Assembly: GCA_034658935.1 (NCBI GenBank)
Contig: JAYEGE010000006.1
Span: 24,912 to 88,911, forward strand
DNA: 64,000 bases
Direction: 5' to 3'
Origin: Patescibacteria group bacterium
GTDB taxonomy: Bacteria; Patescibacteriota; Minisyncoccia; Phycocordibacterales; JACOZG01
This document shows, piece by piece, positions 58,731 to 64,000 of this stretch (position 1 is the stretch's first letter; each line of letters begins with the position of its first letter). The translations under genes were made by a program, and so were the position numbers. The notes beneath the pieces are model-generated. The model was not told the origin of the DNA and did no database searches. It was given only the letters and a program-made list of their open reading frames with translations.

Positions 58731-59315
58731 TTAATTATTTTTTCCTTTGATGATCTCGTCAACGAGTTTATAAGTCTTGGCCTCATCGGCGGACATGTAG
58801 TAATCACGGTCGGAGTCTTTCTCCACTTGAGCGGCAGTCTTGCCAGTGTTCTTGGCGAGAATTTTGTTTAGTTTTTCTTTAATCCGCAGAATTTGCTTGG
58901 CGGTAATGGCGATATCAGTAGCCTGTCCCTCTGTCCCACCCATTGGTTGGTGGATCATAATCTCAGCATTAGGGAGAGCGAAGCGCTTTTTCTTCTGACC
59001 AGAAGAGAGGATAATGGCGGCGCCGGAAGCGGCTAAGCCTACACAAACAGTAGAGACATCGGACTTCACGTAATTCATGGTGTCTAAAATCGCCATGGTA
59101 GAGGAAACAGACCCACCGGGGGAGTTGATATACATAGTGATATCCTTCTTCGGTCCCTCGCTCTCAAGAAAGAGGAGTTGAGCGATAATATTATTGGCTA
59201 GATTATCATCAATAGGGCCGCCAAGAAAAATAATCCTATCCTTTAATAGACGCGAATAGATATCGTAGGCCCGCTCGCCAAATTGTGATTTCTCAATAAC
59301 TGTTGGAATAAGCAT
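58731..59315 (-). CDS. clpP: ATP-dependent Clp protease proteolytic subunit; start at ATG 59315
   Basis: [44 protein letters not shown] motifs. Confidence 0.97.
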   Translation of the reverse strand: MLIPTVIEKSQFGERAYDIYSRLLKDRIIFLGGPIDDNLANNIIAQLLFLESEGPKKDITMYINSPGGSVSSTMAILDTMNYVKSDVSTVCVGLAASGAAIILSSGQKKKRFALPNAEIMIHQPMGGTEGQATDIAITAKQILRIKEKLNKILAKNTGKTAAQVEKDSDRDYYMSADEAKTYKLVDEIIKGKNN

Positions 59316-59325
59316 GATGATATTT

Positions 59326-59374
59326 GAACTTGGACACTCGGTGTCTGGGAGTTCGACACCGAGTGTCCAAGTTC
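59326..59374. repeat. Compound REP-like element in the clpP upstream region
   Basis: GAACTTGGACAC-TCG-GTGTC-TGGGAGTTC-GACAC-CGA-GTGTCCAAGTTC. Confidence 0.9.
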
Positions 59375-59533
59375 CTTGTCGATTAATAACTGAACCCACA
59401 ACATAGCATAAATCCACCATTTTGCAAGAGGTGGCATTGACAACCACCCCATGTCATGATAATCTCACAACAGAAGGCTAGATGTCCTGGCTGTTCGGGT
59501 CTAGATCCCTGACAAATGAAAGGAGGTGATCGC

Positions 59534-59656
59534 ATGTATCATCGAAAAGACTGGACGTTGATCGGGACGGACACCGTTATCATAATTCTGGGTGTTCTAG
59601 CGGTGCCGGCGATTCCCGTCTATCTGGATTACCAGAAAGACATCGCAAAGCAGTAG
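59534..59656 (+). CDS. 40-aa peptide resembling a type IV pilin N-terminal helix
   Basis: SD AAAGGAGGTGAT; MYHRKDWTLIGTDTVIIILGVLAVPAIPVYLDYQKDIAKQ; TTGACA at 59437. Confidence 0.6.
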   Translation: MYHRKDWTLIGTDTVIIILGVLAVPAIPVYLDYQKDIAKQ

Positions 59657-59750
59657 GTATTGAATGAGCAACCAGCCACGGCAGGCGTGGATGAAGCCGT
59701 GCCCGACCCATCCCCGACGCCGCGGGCGGGAGAGGTGAAAGCAGAAGTCG

Positions 59751-59969
59751 ATGGGTTATCTTGGTAGGCGATTGGATGAGGAGCAAGCGGCGATTCGCTT
59801 GGCGATGGCCGGTTGGCCAGCAGGGGACATTCGCATTGCCCTCTTTGCTCGACTGAGTCAGCCGCTAAAGGATATGTTCTATGGCGCCGCTTTCCCGCTG
59901 GAGGTTGTCGTCCAGGGCTCTGGGCCTGTGAAGGATTGGGCCAGGCGACAGAGCATCGCGATCGTTTGA
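59751..59969 (+). CDS. Small hypothetical protein or gene remnant
   Basis: 72-aa ORF followed by terminator AACTCCCGACCGGA..TCTGGTTGGGAGTTTTTT. Confidence 0.35.
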   Translation: MGYLGRRLDEEQAAIRLAMAGWPAGDIRIALFARLSQPLKDMFYGAAFPLEVVVQGSGPVKDWARRQSIAIV

Positions 59970-60039
59970 CTCGAACAAGTGGGGAACACGCAACTCCCGA
60001 CCGGATTTATCTGGTTGGGAGTTTTTTCATTTTCGCGAA

Positions 60040-60060
60040 TTTGGACACGAAGTGTCCAAA
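60040..60060. repeat. REP-like palindrome abutting the tig stop codon
   Basis: TTTGGACAC-GAA-GTGTCCAAA. Confidence 0.92.
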
Positions 60061-60061
60061 T

Positions 60062-61081
60062 TTACTTCTGCCCTTCCAACCACTCAAACACCTTCTCGTT
60101 GGTGATCAGGCTAGTGACGTATTGGCGTAACCTATCTTCAGAAGTATTAGGATAATGCTGTTTAAGGTGATCAAGTTCCTTCTTAATCTCTTCTTCTGGT
60201 GCAGTGATCTTTTCTTGCTGTGCAATCCGACCAAGGATAAGACCAGTCTTAACCCGCTTCTTAGCATCCTCCTGCCAACCAGCGCGTAACTCAGCCTCAG
60301 TTTTCTTAAGATGACCCAAGTACTCATCCCATTTCAGATTCATCCGCTCTGCCTCATAGCGCATTTCGGCCAGCATCTTATCTACTTCAGCTTCAACTAA
60401 GACAGGCGGTAGAGGAATATCACTCTCTTTTATTATTCCCTCGATAATTTTCAGTCGGCGCTTATCGCGAGCTTTCATCTCCTTATCTCGCTTGATGTTT
60501 TCTTTCAATTTGGTTTTCAAATCTGCCAGACCCTCAAACTTACCAAGTGACTTGGCGAACTCATCGTTCAATTCTGGTTCGGGCCCCAGTTCACCTGTCT
60601 TTTCATCCTTCTTGGCGCGGCTTTTCCGGACCTCGGCGATTAGATCGTCCGCCTCCTTATCAGTTACCTCGATTTTCTCTGCCGCTTCACCCATAATCTT
60701 CTTAGCAATCACACCACAATCACCCAATTTAATTTCTGGATTAATGGCGGTCTTAATTTTGAAACCTAACGGGTTGTCCTTGGCTATTTTGGTAATACTG
60801 ATCATCGGACGCCCAATGGCATCTAGCTTCTGCTCCTCAACAATACTTGGGTAAGCTTTCTGGAGAGCGAGTTCGGCCATCTCAGTAAGGACCTTTTCTG
60901 CGCCAAACTTAGCGATAATGGCTTGCTCGGTGGCGTGCCCTTTGCGGAAGCCGTCTATGGTTACATCGGCGTTAATATTGGCCACGGCCGATTGCCGATA
61001 GTTCTCGAATTGCTCTGTAGGAATCTCTCCCTCGATCTCCACTTCTGAGTCAGGTAATTTATTGATTTTGACGTTTATCAT
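60062..61081 (-). CDS. tig: Trigger factor lacking most of the FKBP/PPIase domain; start at ATG 61081
   Basis: IDGFRKGHA ribosome-binding motif, PELNDEFAK, C-terminal domain; ~340 aa. Confidence 0.92.
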   Translation of the reverse strand: MINVKINKLPDSEVEIEGEIPTEQFENYRQSAVANINADVTIDGFRKGHATEQAIIAKFGAEKVLTEMAELALQKAYPSIVEEQKLDAIGRPMISITKIAKDNPLGFKIKTAINPEIKLGDCGVIAKKIMGEAAEKIEVTDKEADDLIAEVRKSRAKKDEKTGELGPEPELNDEFAKSLGKFEGLADLKTKLKENIKRDKEMKARDKRRLKIIEGIIKESDIPLPPVLVEAEVDKMLAEMRYEAERMNLKWDEYLGHLKKTEAELRAGWQEDAKKRVKTGLILGRIAQQEKITAPEEEIKKELDHLKQHYPNTSEDRLRQYVTSLITNEKVFEWLEGQK

Positions 61082-61157
61082 AATTCGACTTTGCTCATTA
61101 TAAATAGTGCGCCCTAGTTTAGCGGTTTTTTTACTAAATTTCAAATTTTCCCCTAAA

Positions 61158-61193
61158 AACAAAATCCCCCGAGGCGCCTCGGGGGATTTTGTT
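61158..61193 (-). terminator. Perfect 36-bp palindrome, probable terminator
   Basis: AACAAAATCCCCCGAGGC/GCCTCGGGGGATTTTGTT with a T-run on the minus strand. Confidence 0.8.
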
Positions 61194-61215
61194 AAACACT
61201 TGTTTGCTTGGTGGA

Positions 61216-61617
61216 TTACTCGCCCGATCCGTTACTCGCACCATCTGTTGGTTCAGTTGGTTCACCGGCGTCTGTGTCGGTGCTGTCCGAGCCGGAGCTA
61301 GCATCTCCCATCGGAGGTAATATGCCGCTTGGGTCAGGAATCTCAGGGATTGTTGGTTGCAAGTCCCCTAGATTACTGCCGCTACCGCCGCCACTGCCAT
61401 CCGTGGCTTCCATAGTCTCTGGTGCTGTTGGCTTGGTTGGCTCGTTTGGTGTATTGGCCCCGTTATAGAAGAAGTAAATAGCGCCAATTATAAGGATGAT
61501 TATAACGATAATAGAACCGATCATCGTTCCCTTACCGCCACCTTGTTCGGGCGCCGGTTGGCTTGGTTTTATTGGGCTGGCTTCTGGTGCTGGGCCAGCA
61601 TTTTCTGTTCCATCCAT
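61216..61617 (-). CDS. Single-pass membrane protein with a disordered P/T/S/G-rich tail
   Basis: IGSIIVIIILIIGAIYFF TM helix. Confidence 0.75.
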   Translation of the reverse strand: MDGTENAGPAPEASPIKPSQPAPEQGGGKGTMIGSIIVIIILIIGAIYFFYNGANTPNEPTKPTAPETMEATDGSGGGSGSNLGDLQPTIPEIPDPSGILPPMGDASSGSDSTDTDAGEPTEPTDGASNGSGE

Positions 61618-61681
61618 ATTGTTCTATATGAGTTAATAAATGTTAATAATCTGCCCTCCATTATACTTAGGAAAAGGCGGA

Positions 61682-63685
61682 TTACAATAAGAGGCCTACA
61701 ATGAGCAGGGCGACCACATTAACGATTTTAATCATCGGATTGATGGCCGGCCCAGCGGTGTCCTTATAGGGGTCACCGACAGTGTCGCCAGTAATGGCGG
61801 CTTGATGGGCGAGAGAGTTTTTACCCCCGTGCTTACCTTCCTCGATGTATTTCTTGGCATTATCCCAGGCGGCTCCACCGGCGGTCATTGAGAGGGCGAC
61901 GAAGAGTCCGGTAATAATAGTACCGACAAGCAAACCACCCAACGCCTCGAGTCCTAAGAAATAACCAACGATAATTGGAGCGATAACAGGCAAGAGGGCG
62001 GGCACGATCATTTCTTTCAGGGCCGCTTTGGTTACGATATCAACAGCGGTGCCGTACTCTGGTTTGCCACTACCATCCATAATGCCGGCAATCTCGCGGA
62101 ATTGACGACGAACTTCCCCTACTACCTTAGCGGCTGTTCGTCCAACAGTCTTCATGGCGATGGAGGCAAAGAGATAGGGGAGGGCACCACCAATGAAGAG
62201 GCCAATCAAGACGCGGTAATCGTTGAGGGCAAAGCTAATTTCATGGCCCAACTCGGTGATTTCTTGAACATAGGCGGCAAAGAGAACCATGGCGGCTAAA
62301 CCAGCCGAAGCAATGGCGTAGCCCTTAGTTATTGCTTTAGTAGTGTTGCCAACGGCGTCGAGGGGGTCAGTGGTTGCTCGGACGCTGTCTGGTAAGCCGG
62401 CCATCTCGGCGATGCCACCGGCGTTATCAGTAATGGGGCCGAAGGAGTCAATGGCCACAATGATGCCGGCTAACGAAAGCATAGACATCGTTGCGATGGC
62501 GATACCATAGAGGCCGAGGAATTGATAAGCGACGGCGATGCCGGCGACAATTACAATGGTTGGTAAGAAAGTGGACTCCATGCTGACAGACAAACCGGTG
62601 ATGATATTAGTGCCGTGACCACTCTCTGAAGACTGAGCGATACTTTTAACTGGTCTGAACTTGGTAGCGGTGTAGTATTCAGTAATCAAAACAATTAGAG
62701 CGGTAACCACTAGGCCGACCAAACTGGTGTAGAAAATCTTGCTAGCATAACTGTCACCAAAGATGTTGTTAGCCGCCCAATAGAAGAGTCCTGCGGCTAC
62801 GATGCCACTAGCGGCCATCCCCTTATAAAGGGCCCCCATAATACTTTTCTTAAGGGAGACGAAAAAGGATCCAATGATGGAGGCGATAATGGCTAAGGCT
62901 CCAAGGACGAGAGGAAATCGGGTTGCAGTTTCTACTATTGCGGCATTATCTGAGCCGGCGAGATTGGCAAAGAATAGATTGCCCAATAGCATAGCGGCGA
63001 TGGTGGAGACGGCATAAGTTTCAAACAAGTCGGCGGCCATACCAGCACAATCGCCTACGTTGTCGCCTACATTGTCAGCAATAACGGCTGGGTTGCGCGG
63101 GTCATCCTCGGGGATACCCGCTTCTACCTTACCAACTAAGTCTGCGCCTACGTCAGCCCCCTTGGTGAAGATACCGCCACCCAAGCGAGCGAAGATAGAA
63201 ATCAGGGATCCACCCAGGCCCAAGCCGATCAGGGCTTTAAGGTCAGTGGTTACGAAATAAAATCCAGCTACCGATAGGAGGCCAAGGCCCACAACCATGA
63301 AGCCAGTCACAGCTCCTCCACGGAAGGCGATGTCGAAAGCTTTCTTGATTCCAGTCTTTGCCCCTTCTGCTGTGCGGACATTGGTTCGTACGGCTACGTT
63401 CATTCCAATATAACCGGCTAGGGCAGAAGCGATGGCGCCAATCAAGAAGCCGACAGAAGTGTTTAGGCCCAAGAAGATATAAAGAATGATAGCTAAGATG
63501 ACGGCTACTATTGCCACTGTCCTGTATTCACGTCGCAAGAAGGCCTGCGAGCCTTCCTTAATTGCTTGGGCGATCTCTAATTGCTTGCCGCTGCCGGTGG
63601 GTTGTTTTAAAACTGCCCAGGCTAGATAGGCTCCGTATACCAGGGCGGCAATGGCTGCAATGAAAATCAAGGTGATGCTATTCAT
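61682..63685 (-). CDS. hppA: Membrane-bound pyrophosphatase, predicted K+-independent H+-PPase
   Basis: [35 protein letters not shown] (Lys form), [10 protein letters not shown] motifs. Confidence 0.96.
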   Translation of the reverse strand: MNSITLIFIAAIAALVYGAYLAWAVLKQPTGSGKQLEIAQAIKEGSQAFLRREYRTVAIVAVILAIILYIFLGLNTSVGFLIGAIASALAGYIGMNVAVRTNVRTAEGAKTGIKKAFDIAFRGGAVTGFMVVGLGLLSVAGFYFVTTDLKALIGLGLGGSLISIFARLGGGIFTKGADVGADLVGKVEAGIPEDDPRNPAVIADNVGDNVGDCAGMAADLFETYAVSTIAAMLLGNLFFANLAGSDNAAIVETATRFPLVLGALAIIASIIGSFFVSLKKSIMGALYKGMAASGIVAAGLFYWAANNIFGDSYASKIFYTSLVGLVVTALIVLITEYYTATKFRPVKSIAQSSESGHGTNIITGLSVSMESTFLPTIVIVAGIAVAYQFLGLYGIAIATMSMLSLAGIIVAIDSFGPITDNAGGIAEMAGLPDSVRATTDPLDAVGNTTKAITKGYAIASAGLAAMVLFAAYVQEITELGHEISFALNDYRVLIGLFIGGALPYLFASIAMKTVGRTAAKVVGEVRRQFREIAGIMDGSGKPEYGTAVDIVTKAALKEMIVPALLPVIAPIIVGYFLGLEALGGLLVGTIITGLFVALSMTAGGAAWDNAKKYIEEGKHGGKNSLAHQAAITGDTVGDPYKDTAGPAINPMIKIVNVVALLIVGLLL

Positions 63686-63709
63686 GTTCTTTATTTCTAA
63701 TTGGTATTA

Positions 63710-64000
63710 TTAATCTTTATTCTCTTCAATTTTCTCTGTGCTCTCATCTTTTTCTTCTGGCTCGCTCTCTGGCTCGTCTTCCTCAGTATCTACCTGGTCG
63801 GTAGACGGAATCGGGGCTTCCTCCTTCTCGTTTTCTTGTTCAGGAGAGACGATATCGATCTTCCAACCACTCAGCTTAGCCGCTAGGCGGGCGTTTTGCC
63901 CACCTTTACCAACGGCTAGGGAGAATTGGTCGGGGTCGACTAGAATAGTAGCTGTTTTGTCTACTTCATTAAGGGCGACCTCATTAATCTTGGCGGGCGA
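63710..64000 (-). CDS. nusA: Transcription factor NusA (C-terminal part; 5' end outside the window)
   Basis: Manual translation [35 protein letters not shown] (KH2) plus an acidic tail. Confidence 0.93.
   Translation of the reverse strand, partial: SPAKINEVALNEVDKTATILVDPDQFSLAVGKGGQNARLAAKLSGWKIDIVSPEQENEKEEAPIPSTDQVDTEEDEPESEPEEKDESTEKIEENKD

Noticed and set aside
59316-59447. N-terminal extension of ClpP containing the repeat-derived peptide
   Set aside because: ClpP homology begins at MLIPTVIE (59315); the extension is an open frame through the palindrome
63701-63886. Hydrophobic plus-strand 61-aa ORF
   Set aside because: Antisense to the Glu/Lys-rich tail of nusA

Overview
Chromosomal segment of a Patescibacteria/CPR (Parcubacteria-like) bacterium using the standard bacterial code; the lineage is inferred from the compact gene set, short YebC, trigger factor lacking the PPIase domain and the CPR-type PrgI/VirB4/VirB6-like cluster. 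The window spans the probable replication origin (dnaN-oriC-dnaA-rpmH-rnpA-yidC). It also holds housekeeping genes (polA, tsaE, ruvB, ruvC, tyrS, PBP1A, rsmA, uvrD/pcrA, comM, rpsO, Xer recombinase, cca, yraN, pyrD, alr, mscS, HU, rny, clpP, tig, hppA, partial nusA), five tRNAs and a ~12 kb T4SS-like membrane gene cluster. The most striking unexplained signal is a dispersed REP-like palindrome family, TTTGGACAC-NNN-GTGTCCAAA: 12 simple copies, 3-4 compound copies with a conserved linker, and 2 variant copies. It is linked to a RAYT-like HUH (Y1) transposase that carries two copies in frame and appears to have a third as its own promoter. The palindromes tend to bracket accessory genes. Also notable are several candidate structured ncRNAs (5620-5795, 49676-49949, 47190-47323), a miniature element at the 3' end of tRNA-Gly, unannotated micro-ORFs (a pilin-like 40-mer and an acidic 34-mer), self-contained orphan gene cassettes, and widespread leaderless-type promoters. 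All calls were made by eye from the sequence; no database search or folding program was run.
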